Below are positions 47,201 to 60,144 of a DNA stretch of 64,000 nucleotides, piece after piece (position 1 is the first letter of the stretch; every line of letters starts with the position of its first letter). The notes beneath the pieces are model-generated. The model saw nothing but the letters and a program-made list of their open reading frames with translations. It did not search any database and had not been told where the DNA came from. The stretch lies in NCBI GenBank assembly GCA_043228905.1, contig JBHGNT010000104.1:22641-86640 (forward strand). The letters run 5' to 3'. This stretch comes from Azolla caroliniana (taxonomy: Eukaryota > Plantae > Polypodiophyta). The translations under genes and the position numbers were made by a program.

Positions 47201-48752
47201 ATCACGGCGGCACGGATGGAGACCAAGGTGCTGGACAACGGTTCGGCCTATGCAAGAGTCAAGAGCCAGGACGGGCGTCACTCGGTCCAGTTCTTGATGG
47301 TGCGACCAAACCATGAGCGTAACCCCGAGACCCTCGAAGGCAAAATCCGAGGGGATTTTTAGAGAGGGCTATCAAGGCGTGGGGCCGCGATAGTCCGGAC
47401 ACCCTGGAAAAACCCCACAAATGTACAGTAGGGAAGAAGACCTGTACCATAGGTAGGAAATTTTGGTTCTCCGACAGTGGGGGTTGTACTATAACCGGCA
47501 TCAGCGGTCGGGAAAGGAAGCGAGCGGAGGAGCGGCTCAGGGGATGCGGAGTCCTCTCCCCCGACGAAGAGATCAGCGGCGCCATGGAGGCGGTCTCCTT
47601 CGACGACACCTTGGGCAAGTTACGAAAGGTGATCGGGGAAGACCTTAGAGAAGACCGGACCGTTCCGGTTAGTTCGATGGGAGTGTACAAAGTCATCGCG
47701 GACTTCGGGGAAAGGATTGGGTCGGATCGGACGGCCCGCGTGGATACAAAGTACAAGTTTGTGGACCGGAAGGTGAGGGCAGTCGCGGCACCCTTGCCGG
47801 AGGGCAGCGAGGAGCGGATAAAAGGGGTCGCGTCGGACCCAAGTTTACGGAATCCAACTGGCATAGGGCACCGGTTCACCGACATAACGCTACGGGGGCT
47901 CAAGGTCGGTGGGGGTGGCTTTCTACTGCCGGTCGAGGAGGACAGGTTTCGGAGAATGCTTGGAAGGCATGGGAAAGCCTTCACGTTCTCGTCGGAGGAG
48001 ATCGGGTGCATGGACCTGACGATCGTCGAACCAATGGTGATCTTCACGGTACCGCATGTACCGTGGAATCTCAAACCGATTCCGGTGTCGAGAGCTCATG
48101 TCCCGAAGTTGATGGAGCTTCTGAAGCAAAAGGTGGAGATGGGCATCCTCGAACCGTCGAGTGCCCCGTATTCGAATCGGTGGTTTACGGTGCCGAAGAA
48201 GAACGGCACACTGCGCTTCATTCAGGACCTGCAACCGGTCAACAAGGTGACCATTCGGAATGCGGGAATCGGACCAACCATAGACGAGTTCGCAGAGGCC
48301 TTCGCCGGAAGGTCGATTTACTCTGTTGGTGATCTGTACTCAGGGTACGATCAGTTCCAACTAGCCGTGGAGAGCAGAGACATTACGACAATGCGGACTC
48401 CTCTCGGCCTAGTGCGGATGTGTACCCTACCACGAGGGACGAACTCGGTGGCTCACATGGTGAACGCGATGAACAAAGTGCTCAGGGATTGTATCCCGGA
48501 CATCACCAGGCCATTCTTAGACGACATCCCGATCAGGGGATGCCCGGTGGAGGAAAAGGACGAGACGATCGGACCGGACGGATGTCGGAATTTCGTGGTG
48601 ACTCACATCGATGACTGCGAGAAGGTGCTGCATAGACTAGAGGGCGCGAGGCTCACCTTCTCCAAGGAAAAATCGGCCTTCGGGCAATCAGAGATCATGG
48701 TCGTCGGGCACCTATGCGGACCATACGGTTGGAAACCATCTCCGGCCAAGGT
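44235..48752 (+). mobile_element. Element H: 3'-truncated divergent Ty3/gypsy with a tRNA-Trp PBS
   Basis: LTR 44235-44932 (TGTCG...CGACA); PBS TGGTGAACCCGATGTGAA at 44938. Gag (CLWCDAVGHVQRDC), protease (ALVDHGSEIN), RT (IQDLQPVN, DLYSGYDQ, FLDD). Confidence 0.88.
45042..45510 (+). mobile_element. D-family 5' LTR plus PBS, nested in H gag
   Basis: TGTTACCGGCCGGCA...TAACA (45042-45475), then CAGTTTTTGGCGACCACGATTCCTG as at 28993 onward. Confidence 0.9.
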
Positions 48753-48859
48753 GGAATTGGATTGGCATCATTGCCTCTAATCCGAACTCCAATCTGAATG
48801 ATGTTGATTGTATGCTCGTTTTGTAGCTCATTTGATATGCCCATAATGTGTTGTTCAAC

Positions 48860-50053
48860 TTCTGATCCTAGTCTGGTTTATTCTCATTCACAATTTTCTT
48901 CAAGATCGTCTACAACATCTTGTTTGTTTATTCGGGTAATCTGTTTGCAATACAACATAATACACTACAGCATAATACAGTGCCAGTCCCTAAATAACCT
49001 TGTTGATGAATTGACCTCCTTGACCATTGATTAACTCTATAAGACAGCCGAATCGACAACATATGTGCTCGTACAAGAGTTTTGTTGTCGATGCTACCGT
49101 GTTTTACCTTAGTGCTTTGGCCTCTACCCACTTGGTGCAATAGTCTGTGGAGACAATAATATACGTATTGTTGGTCCTTGTTGTTGTTGGCTTTAATGGG
49201 CCGACAAAATCTAATCCCCATTTTTGGAAAGGCGCCAGCGGCAGGATCGGTTTGTGTGACATTCTGGCCTTTTCTATCGGCAAGCCCATCCTCTAGCATT
49301 AATCGCATTCCCCCGAATATTTCATGGGCTCTCTTTGAGTGGTTGGCCACCATAGACCACTCTGCCAAATCTTATGGGCCATCACTTCTATTCTATAATG
49401 GCCGTTGGCTACCCCGAAGTGTGCCTCACACACCACTGTTGCCTTTTCGTGGCTCCGGACTCCGCATCACCATATGTTATCGGCTCCTTTGTGGTATATT
49501 GCATACTTTATCAAACAAAAATTCTAGTTGTGTACTACTAGCTCCTTTCGTTCATCCCTTGTCATGTTCGGGGATGGTAATTCCGTACTCAGGAAGTTAA
49601 TCATGTCCATCATCCACGTATTTTCAGGCACCTCATTTATATCAGCCGGTTCGGCTACTATGATGTTGAACAATTGTCCATCTAGAAAGTCATCCGTCAT
49701 GCCATCTCTAGCTTCACCTAATTCAAGTCGGCTCAAGTAATTAGCTATTGTATCTTGTACTCCTAGCCGGTGGTATATGTCGAATTGGAACTCTTGTAAG
49801 AGCTACGTTCACCTGGCCAATATCCCGGGAGGGACACTTTCGACACTAAGTATAGTAACACTAAATTATCTACCTAAAATGAAAATTTCCAGCCCAACAC
49901 GTAGTGTTGGTACTTGTTTACACTACAGACCATTCCTACACGTCTCTCTTCGTCGTTGAATAATTCCTCTCTACTTTCAACAATTTTCGGCTGGCGTAGT
50001 GTACTATCTGATACCAATTCGGCTCTGACAATTACATAAGTGCACTTCTAATC
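48860..50053 (-). mobile_element. Highly degraded Ty3/gypsy RH-IN fragment
   Basis: [12 protein letters not shown]...[15 protein letters not shown], homologous to 3000-4100. Confidence 0.8.
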
Positions 50054-50714
50054 TATTGAGAGACAAGCTCAACATGAACTTGGATCGGTTGAAGGATTAG
50101 CTGAAGAAGTCGATAGTCAGATCCACTAGGAGGATTGGTTAGAGGTCGGATACTTGATCGGTTGAAGAAGTCAATAGTTGGATCGGCTGAGAAAGCTAGC
50201 AAGCCATTGGAGGCCTTTACTCCCATTCTTAGTAATAGGAACATTAGGTATAGTCAGTGTCAGATGCTCATTTATGAGCATTCAAGTACAGTTTGCCAGT
50301 ACTTGAGTCAGCCTATATTAGAGGTTTCTACAAAAGTGCTCACTAAGCATGTTCGATCTATAGAGTATTATTATCATGAATAGAAATCAGTTTAGTGCTT
50401 TACTAACTTTGTCTCTTTTTCATACTATGTATTCGCCATCTTTTGTGTTTTTACCTAACTGTCTTCTAGTGTCTGATTGAGCCGGTTGTGTTCCATGTAC
50501 AAAGCGAGTTATTCTTTTACACGTTATCAAAGTGAGAGAGTTAAAGATCCTCTACAATCGACAAAGCGAACCAGCATAGAGATAAGCCTTCGTCTTCCGG
50601 AAAAGAACAGACAAGAACATGGATAGAGGAATGGGCAGCTCCCTTCTGACGGAAAAGCTCGACAAGAGCAATTATGCATCTTGGTCATACAAGATGCACC
50701 AGTACCAGCTAGGA
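50054..50714 (+). mobile_element. F-related copia LTR, degenerate PBS and gag start
   Basis: Starts TATTGAGAGACAAGCTCAACA; LTR runs to ~50521. MDRGMGSSLLTEKLDKSNYASWSYKMHQY begins at 50619. Confidence 0.75.
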
Positions 50715-50896
50715 TAAAGATGATAGGCCATTAAAGCCGATATTTCTAGTCTTAGTATTAGGAATAATTTAGGGAGTTAGTGTCGTAGGCTCTTTATGAG
50801 CATTCAAGTACTAACAGTACTTGTGTCAGCCCGCGGTCGGGGCTTGTATAAAAGTTCTCACGGAGCATAGAGCGTATTATTTTTGAATTAGAGTTT

Positions 50897-50898
<2 letters not shown>

Positions 50899-50928
<30 letters not shown>
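50899..50928. repeat. (TC)n microsatellite, left flank of the LINE
   Basis: Direct reading. Confidence 0.95.
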
Positions 50929-50932
<4 letters not shown>

Positions 50933-53024
50933 ATTTGGGGAAAGAGAAGTTGTATATAGTTGCATGTTACATTCCTCACAAAGACTCAAACTACTATAGT
51001 AGGTTTGGGTTAGAATGTGATGATCCTTTTACAGAATTATGCCGTGATATACTTTCATTTGAGAAGCTTGGTAAAGTTTTAATTATGGGAGACTTCAATG
51101 CAAGAGTTGGAAATTTCCAAAATGTGGAGACATTTGAAGAAAATGTAGTAGAACATTGTCTAGTGCGTGACTCAAAGGATTGTGTCATGTCAGATTATGG
51201 AAAACTTTTGATACATATGCTAAATTGCACAAACTTGATTATCCTAAATGATATAAAGGCATTCCCATTGACAAATGTGCTCACATGTTTACCATCCTCG
51301 GGTGGAGGAAGTGTGGTTGATTATGCATTAATGTTGTCATGTGATCTATAGTTGGTGAGTGTGTTTAAAGTTGGTTCTCTATCTCCGGACTTAGACCACA
51401 AGCCATTGTACTTAGAGCTTGCAATTCCACAATCCACTAGATGTTGTGGAGTGAAAGATAAAAAGAGATATATCATCCGACCTTGCTACAAAAATGCTAA
51501 GATGTATGCAAAGGAAGTGGAGGACCATTTGTTATTTTTTTCTCTAAGCAACAATGTTAAAGAAAATTGGCAACATTTGAAGGATATAATCCTTAAGGTT
51601 GGATATCAATGCTTTAAGAGACATGTGGGTGGGCATAAGGTGTGTAGTTTTCCATGTAATTCTTGGTTCGACGATGAATGTAAGATGTATCTCAAATGGT
51701 TTAAGTCCATAGAAGGGGGGAATGAAAAGATTGTTGCATGGCACATATACAAGAAAGTAGTGAGGAGAAAGAAAAGAAGATATTTCCAAATGCAAGAGAT
51801 GAAAAAGAAAAACTTGTTAAAGCTCAAACCAAAATTAGCATGGGGACAACTCAAGGGTAAGAAAGAAGATGAGAAAGGTCACTTTACAAATGAAGAGATG
51901 CTAGACTATGTACAAAGGTTATATATGCATGAAGATGTGGCTCCTATGGTTGAGAAATTTGAAACTTCATGCACTACATGTATCGATATTGATGATGTCA
52001 ATAAGGGAATAAAGAAGATGGTAAGTGGGAAAGCAACAAATTCAACCAACGTCTCAAGTGAGCTTTCAAAATGGATAATGCCACACACTCGTCATTGGAT
52101 AATGACAATTTTAGAGCAAGGTATAAAACAAAGATTTCCAAATGATTGGCTTATGAATTGGATTAAACCAATATTTAAAGCCGGAGATAGGAATCAAGTA
52201 TCAAATTATCGTACAATAATGGTGAGCTCAATTATTGCTAAATTATATAGCACTATTATGGAGCAAAAGATAAGCACATGGGCTGAGAGTACAAGCAAAA
52301 GAGCACTTGGGCAAGCCGGATTTAGACCAAAACACTCCACCGTGGATCATTTGGTCACATTAAGAGTAATCATGGAAGAGAGTCGACTACAAGGAAAAAC
52401 ACTTTATTGTTGTTTTGTTGATTTCAAGAAAGCTTTTGATACCGTACCACGAAGTGAGCTTTGGAATAGAATGGTAGACATTGACATGCCCTTAGCGTAC
52501 CTCGTTGCAGTTGCATGCCTATATGAACAAGTTAAATGCCAACTAAAAACGGATAGTGGATTCTCAAAGCACTTCTTAAGTAACATGGGGGTCAAGCAAG
52601 GATGTCCACTATCACCCACAGTAATGCTCGTAGAGCCCTTACACTACTTTGCACTCGATCTCACAAGTTAGGTATTGAAGTTACATCATGGTATCAAAAT
52701 GTAACGAATTTGAAGACATATAAAGTATGCAACGAAGGCATGGTAGAGGATGAATGTCACTTGCTCTTCACATGCTCGACATATAGTGCAATTCGTTCAA
52801 GATATGCTGACATACTAAGTAAGAGGGAGTGATAACCTAAGTGCCATACTTAAGACACCACCTAGAAAGTTGAGCTCATATGTATATGCTTTACTAACAC
52901 ATAGAGAGTTTGTGCTTCAACATATGAATACATGTATCAAGAACACATGTATCAAGAACACATGTATACTCTGGTCCCATAGGTCAAAATTGGCCTCTTT
53001 ATGGACGATAAAAATTCTAATTCT

Positions 53025-53030
<6 letters not shown>
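50929..53030 (+). mobile_element. 5'-truncated, internally deleted LINE (APE-RT-CCHC; RTE/RTEX-like)
   Basis: APE motifs MGDFNARVG, SVVDY, DHKPL. RT motifs NYRTI, QAGFR, FVDFKKAFD, GVKQGCPLSP. C-terminal SHKLGIE...EDECHLLFTC. Tail (ATTCTA)n. Flanked by (CT)n on both sides. Confidence 0.88.

Positions 53031-53099
<69 letters not shown>
53028..53099. repeat. (TC)n microsatellite, right flank of the LINE
   Basis: Direct reading. Confidence 0.95.
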
Positions 53100-53102
<3 letters not shown>

Positions 53103-53307
53103 CTCCTGCTTACTGTATTTCTGCTTTCCTCTGTGTTTTACCTAACTGTGGTTGAGCCGACTGTGTTGATTCATAAGTTTCCGCATACGAAACTCTTTAT
53201 ACAATGCGTTGGACGACTGAACCCACATGACTTTGATAAACACGAACAAAACCACCTCGATGTTCTCCTATCTCTTCAATCAGAACTCCCTCGGCCGGAA
53301 CACATGT

Positions 53308-53787
53308 TGTTGGGAAAACAGGTCCCTCCAGATAGGAAGAAGAGAACAAACCGAATCAGCTAGAGTAAGTGAGTAGTTCGGCCGAGGCAGAAAACCGAAA
53401 TCGAAAATCGATTATATAATTGATTCAAGAGACTATATTTGTAAATAGTCTAAATGTGCCTCATGTGGGCTATATCTATAAATAGCCAAAAAGTTGTATA
53501 AGTATACATACAACTAGGACAAACTTTATTAGGTGTAGTTGATCATTATTGTTATATAGTTGGAGAAGGTAGTTGCCTCTATACCTGTGAGTGAGAGAGA
53601 GAGAGTGAGAGTAGTAACTCTGCCGCCGTCTGTTAGACGAAGACGAGCTTGAGGTTGTTGCCTCCGAGTCTCCCTGTACTCCTATCTATACACATAGTGA
53701 TTTGTTTTCTTGGGGTTTGTGGACTCCTGTGGTTTTTTCCTTTCGGGTTTTCCACGTAACTGGTTGTGGCCGGTTCCGATCCTTACA
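53308..53787 (+). mobile_element. Solo LTR of the C/G copia group, TSD CATGT
   Basis: TGTTGGGAAA...CCTTACA; TSD at 53303-53307 and 53788-53792; similar to the LTR at 43882. Confidence 0.9.
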
Positions 53788-55349
53788 CATGTAACATGAA
53801 CTTATATCTCAATGACACGAACCTCTCATTCGATCGGCACATCCCCTAACATAGCAACTTCGATACTCTCTTTTAGGTCTTAAAATGATATTGTGTGTAT
53901 GTGTATGTGTTTTTTCTTTCATTTCATGTGGGTTTTGGAAATTCTATGGATGCCCTTTGGTTATTGAAATTCTATTAGTTACCCTTGGTTATATGCCCTC
54001 AAGTTTTCGGAAATTCTTTTGGTGCCCTTGATTTTTGAAAATTAGTCGCATGCCCCCTTCTCTTTCTCTTCTTGATGCCCTCATGTTTGTGAAATTTGTC
54101 TGTATGCCCCTCCCTTTTTCTGTTCCTTCTTTTCCTCTTTCTCTGTCTATTTTTATTCTCTGTTCTTCTTCTTCTCTAGTTCTTCTTGAGTCGGCCTCCT
54201 ATTGCTCACTATTGGCCATTCTTCTCTCTATCCTTGTGATCAGGGCCTCTTGTTTTCTCTCTATCTCGATCGCATGCTCCTCTCTGCTACTTCTTTCCTT
54301 CTCTTCGCTTTCGATCATCATCACCATCTCTGTCCCTTTGTTTTCTCCTTTTGGCTTCTTCTTTCTCCTGTTCATCTTTTGTCTTCCTTTTGTGTCTTCA
54401 TCGTCTTCACCTTCTTGTCTGCCTCTGTCTATCTATCCCCAAGCCATAAGTTATGGCTTCTTCAATCCTTTCTCCTTTCTCCATTGTCCCTTCTCATCTC
54501 TCGTCTTCTTCTTCTTTCTTTCTTATTGTTAATGTATCCGGTCACTATTTTGTCTTTTCTTTTTTAATAATATTTATTATTATTTTTAGATAGTAATATA
54601 AAACAAAACGAAAGTTTTGTTTCTTTAGTAATTATTACCCTTACTTTATTTCTTTAAAAGGGTAAATGTAAGTTACGTTTTTTAGTGAGTAAAGAAAGAA
54701 AAGAAAATTAATAATAATAATAATAAAGAGGAAAACAAAACAAAACGACCGTTTTTGTTTTGAGAGAGACAAAGAGAAGAGAGGGAGGAAAGGAGATATA
54801 TATATGGGAAGAGGTGAGAACAAAGGATGAGTGTGAAGTATAGTGAAGCATAGTGAAGCTTGGTGAAGGTTGGTGCTCAACTCATCTATTTCCAATCTCC
54901 TTTCCATCTCCGCTACTCAATGTGAGATCTACACGACTACTACTTCGATTTGTGGACGTTCTTATCCGGGTTTTCTTCTCTCTTCTTTTCTCTTATATGC
55001 TTGAGAGATAATCTTATCCCTTTGTATTATTGTACCATCTTTGTCGGTAGTACTATGCTACATATCTCTACTTATTTCTAGTATATCTAGAAGTAGAATT
55101 TGTACTTGTGTTGTATCTCTTTGGTGATAGTGGATTGGTTTTGGACTTTTGTCCCGTGGTTGTTTCCCTCATTGAGGGTTTTTCCACGTTAAATCTTGCG
55201 TAATCTTTGTTGTGTCATTGTGTGTGTTTCTTGTGTTTTTTTTTTCATTATAATTGAGCATAAAACGTTACGCGTGTTACACTCTTACGTGTCTATACCT
55301 CATCAAGTGGTATCAGAGCGGAGGTTGTGTTTTTTTTGCTCGATTATAA

Positions 55350-58300
55350 ATGGAGGCAAACACATCAACAATGGTTGTTTTAAATGGCACGAACTATCAA
55401 AAATGGAAAGGAAAAATGAAAGATTTGCTTTTTGTTAAAAATATGCATTTACCTATATTCGCAAAGATTAAACCCGAATTGAAAAATGATGAGGAATGGG
55501 ATTTTGAAAATGAACAAGTATGTGGTTTCATTCGTCAATGGGTAGGAGATAATGTCTTGAATCATGTTGTGAATGAAACAAATGCAAAGACTTTGTGGAA
55601 TAAATTAGAAACCTTATATGCTTCTAGAACCGGTAACAATAAGTTGTTTTTACTCAAACAAGCGATGCATTTGACTTATAAAGAAAATAAGTCGGTTTTA
55701 GATCATTTAAATGAATTTCAAGGATGTTTTGATCAATTGTCTAGCATGGGTATAAACTTTGAAGAAGAAGTTCTTTCTTTATGGTTGCGAAATACTCTTC
55801 CCGAGTCATGGGAAACATTTAGGGTTACTCTAGCTAGTGCAGCTCCTAAGGGAGGTATGACAATGGAACTTGTGAAGAGTGGAATTCTAAATGAAGAAAT
55901 GCGGTGAAGGACGCAAGGAGCAACATCAAACATGGAAGCCTTCGTTGCTGAAAATAGAGGACGAAGCCAAAAGAGGAGTGATGACCGAAACAACAAAGGT
56001 AGAAGTAGAAGTAAGTCAAAGTCTAAATATAAAGATTTAGTTTGTCATTTTTGTGGTAAGACAGGTCACATAAAGAAATATTGTTTCAAATGGAAGAAGG
56101 AAAATAAAGTGTCGAACTACATGAAAGATAAGAAAAATGTGAATGACAATATCGATTCTGTTAATGTTGCTTCCTCTAATGATTTACTTGTTGTATGTAC
56201 AGGTTACAATGAAGTTAACATAAGTAGCCATGAAACCACTTGGGTTCTTGATAGTGGTGCCTCCCACCATGTTATGTCTAGAAGGGATTTTTTCTCATCT
56301 TACACTCCAGGTGACTATGGTGTTGTGAAGATGGGGAATGATGGATTTGCAAAGGTAGTCGGCACAGGAACCATTTGCTTGCAAACCAACACGGGGTTCA
56401 AGTTGATTCTACATCAAGTACGACACGTGCCCGATATTAGATTGGATCTAATCTCCACAAGTACATTAGACGACGAGGGCTATAACCATGCGTCTCAAAA
56501 TGGTAAGTGGAAAATCTGTAAGGGTTCTTTGATTGTTGCGAAAGCAAATAAATGTTGTCACAATGGTTTATATCTTTTGCAAGCTTCTGTCTCTACTAAC
56601 TTTGTCAATGCAGTTGAAAATCAAGATGTTTCAAAATTGTGGCATAAGAGATTGTCCCATATTAGTGAAAAGGGACTTGACTTTCTAGCAAAAAAGAACG
56701 TCCTACCAGGTTTAAAAGATGTGAAGTTAGATACATGTGATCATTGTTTGGCAGGGAAGGATAAGAGGGTTTCCTTTAAGCATTCTTCTCTTCAACAAAA
56801 AGGTATACTCGAGCTAGTGCATTCTGATGTGTGTGGACCCTTGAAGCTAAGGTCAATGGGTGGTGCACTTTACTTTGTTACTTTCATTGATGATCATTCT
56901 AGGAAGCTTTGGGTTCGAATGTTGAAATCAAAAGATCAAGTTTTTGATGTTTTTAAAGAGTTTCACGTTTCTATTGAGCGAGAGACAGGGAAGAAACTGA
57001 AATGTATTCGCGGCGATAATGGTGGAGAATACTGTGGATCTTTTGATGCGTATTATCGAGAGCAAGGTATCAAACATCAAAGAACCCCTCCTAAGACTCC
57101 CAAATTAAATGGTTTGGCCGAAAGAATGAATAGAACCCTAGTTGAAAGAGTTAGGTGCTTACTCTCAGATGCAAGGTTACCTAAATCATTTTGGGGTGAG
57201 GCTTTGAATACTGTTGCACATATCATTAATCTATCTCCTACTACCGCATTGCAAGGTGATGTACCAAATAGAGTGTGGTATGGTAAAGATGTCTCTTATG
57301 ATTACTTACGTGTGTTTGGGTGTAAGTGTTTTGTACATATACCCAAGGATGAAAGATCGAAGTTAGATGCTATATCTAAACAATGCATTTTTATTGGATA
57401 TGGTCAAGATGATTTTGGTTATAGGTGTTACGATCCTGTGGGAAAGAAGCTTATTAGGAGTCGTGATGTAGTGTTCATCGAAGACCAAACTATTGAGGAC
57501 ATTGACAAGGCGGAAAGGTCAAGTACCTTTTCAGATGGTGACCTGGTAGATATCGATCCAATTCCTATGATGGATGATGATACACAAGAGAGTGCCTCAC
57601 AACAAGAGGAGCAACATGAGGATGTTGGTGAGCCGTTGATTGTAGATGATGCTAATAATGATGTTGTTTTGCCAGAGATAGGTCTTGAGCGGTGGGAGCA
57701 ACTTCCATTACAAGAGGTGGCAAATCTACCTTTAAGGAGATCTACTAGAGAACGACGATCATCCACGAGGTATCCTAGTTCTGAATATGTTCTACTCACT
57801 AATGAAGGTGAACCGGAAATTTTTCATGATGTGCAAACTCTTAAAGACAAAGATAGTTGGGTAGAGGCCATGCATGAAGAAATTAATTCTTTGAAAAAGA
57901 ACAACACATTTGAGCTAGCTGAACTTCCTAAGGGTAGGAGAGCTTTGAAAAATAAATGGGTGTTTAAGTTAAAAAGGGGTGATGATAACTTTATAAAATA
58001 TAAAGCTCGTTTGGTGGTAAAAGGATATGGTCAAAAGAAAGGAATTGATTTTGACGAAATTTTCTCACTAGTTGTGAAATTAAGCTCAATACGAGTTGTG
58101 TCAGGTTTGGTAGCTAGTTTAAACCTTGAACTTGAACAACTAGATGTGAAAACTGCTTTTTTACATGGTGACCTAAACGAGGAAATATACATGGAACAAC
58201 CGGAGGGTTTTAAAGAGAAAGGGAAAGAACATTTGGTATATAGGTTGAAAAAGAGTCTCTATGGCCTAAAACAAGCACCGCGCCAATGGTATAAAAAGTT

Positions 58301-59366
58301 TGATTCTTTTATGGTGAATCAAGGTTATAAAAGAACTAATGCGGACCATTGTGTGTATGTTAAACAATTTGAGGATGGTAATTTTATTATACTTCTTTTG
58401 TATGTTGATGATATGCTAATTGTTGGGCAAGACCTAAATATGATTAATAGGTTAAAAGTGGAGTTATCTAAGACTTTTGACATGAAAGATTTAGGGCCTT
58501 CTAAGCACATTTTAGGTATGCAAATAACTCGTGATAGAGAATCAAAGAAATTGTGGCTTTCACAAGAAACGTACATAGAAAGAATCCTCGAAAGGTTCAA
58601 CATGCAACATTTGAAACCAGTAAGTACTCCTCTTGCCACTCACTTTAAATTGAGTAGGAAATGTTGTCCAATCACCGAGGAGGAAAGAGATGAGATGTCA
58701 TTGATTCCCTATGCCTCGGCAGTTGGATCTTTAATGTATCCTATGGTTGGCACACGACCAGATATTGCACACACAGTTGGTATAGTGAGTAGGTATCTCT
58801 CTAACCCTGGTAAATCTCATTGGAATGCTGTAAAATGGATTCTACGGTATTTGAGAGGTACATCTAAGTTGTGCATTTGTTTTGGAGGTTCTAAACCAAT
58901 TCTTGAAGGCTTTACAAATGCAGACATGGCTGGAGATCTTGATGGTAGGAAATCTACATCCGGTTTCTTATTTACTTTTGCAGGGGGAGCTATATCATGG
59001 CAATCCAAATTGCAAAAGTGTGTTGCCTTGTCCACTACGAAAGCTGAATACATTGCGGCAACTGAGGCTGGCAAAGAAATGCTTTGGATGAAAAGGTTTC
59101 TTTTAGAATTGGGTTTGAGCCAATTAACTTATGAAGTGTTTTGTAACAGTCAAAGTGCAATGGACCTAAGCAAGAACTCAATGTATCACTCACGAACTAA
59201 ACACATCGATGTAAGGTATCATTGGTTACGATTGGCGATTGAGGAGCAAATGTTGCAATTAGATAAAGTTCATACTGATGACAACGTTGCTGCCATGCTA
59301 ACAAAGGTGGTTCCAAGGGAGAAGCTTGAGCTATGTGCCAACCTTGCCGGAATGGAGATAAATTGA
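55350..59366 (+). CDS. Copia gag-pol polyprotein with a single in-frame TGA at 55905-55907
   Basis: ORFs 55350..55907 and 55932..59366 are in the same frame. Motifs CHFCGKTGHIKKYC, WVLDSGAS, NGLAERMNR, YVDD and RNase H. Confidence 0.93.
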
Positions 59367-59708
59367 TACACAAGCAATTCTCTCCTTGTGTGACTAGTGT
59401 CGTGTGAATCTTCACACACTATGTAAAAAAATAATGAAATAATTATTATAGATTAGATTAGCAGCTTACTATAGAAAGATGGATATACTCAAGAGCTTCA
59501 AAATGTATTTTACTATATACAAAATGGAGAAATACATATCAAGTTATGTGAAAATAAAGTTTGAGAAGATAGGGAAATTAGAACTATCCCACATAGATAG
59601 GAAAGTTAAGGCCCTGGCTATATATGCACCTTGAGCTCCCTCATTTTTCATTTGTGTTAAGAGCACTTTGGCCACTTTGTCTTGATGGATGATGGTGGAC
59701 AAATTCCC

Positions 59709-60068
59709 AAAAACCGGAAACCGGCTGATAAGCAAATCCGGAAACCGGTCCGGTAAGCAAATCCGGAAACCGACCGGTATGCAAACCGAAAACAGGCTGG
59801 TAAGCAAAATCGGAACCGGCAAGGAAAATCGGAACCGGAATCGGTATGCAAACCGGAAACCAGTCGGTAAGTAAAATCGAAACCGGTCGACAAGCAAAAC
59901 TGGAACCGGAACCAGCAAGCAAACCGGAATCGGAACCGGCCGGCAAGCAAAACCGAAAACCGATCGGTAAGCAAAACCGGAAACCGGAAACCGGTCGATA
60001 AGCAAAACCGGAACTACAACCGACAAGCAAACTGGAATCGGAACCGACCGGCAAGCAAAATGGGAACC
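59709..60068 (+). repeat. Degenerate minisatellite of AAACCGG / CGGTAAGCAAA units in the J 3' UTR
   Basis: Dozens of interleaved AACCGG and AAGCAAA motifs. Confidence 0.9.
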
Positions 60069-60144
60069 AGACGGCGAGGGATTTGATGATCGGGCGGAAC
60101 CGGCTACCGAACGAGGTTGGACACGGACGGATGGAAGATTGGAT

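Larger units (their letters stand above)
50715..53203 (+). mobile_element. F-related LTR remnant split by a LINE
   Basis: 50790-50895 and 53100-53203 are colinear with parts of the 50054-50521 LTR (TTATGAGCATTCAAGTAC...; TTTTACCTAACTGT...TTGAGCCG). Confidence 0.6.

Noticed and set aside
45390-48074. Long antisense ORFs (306, 206 and 271 aa) over element H
   Set aside because: Shadow ORFs of GC-rich gag-pol sequence.
53930-54120. Repeated (A/G)TGCCC motifs suggesting a Mutator-like subterminal region
   Set aside because: No partner TIR or TSD could be identified by eye.
54035-54567. 165- and 121-aa Ser/Leu/Phe-rich ORFs
   Set aside because: CT-rich low-complexity sequence interrupted by element J; no motif recognised.
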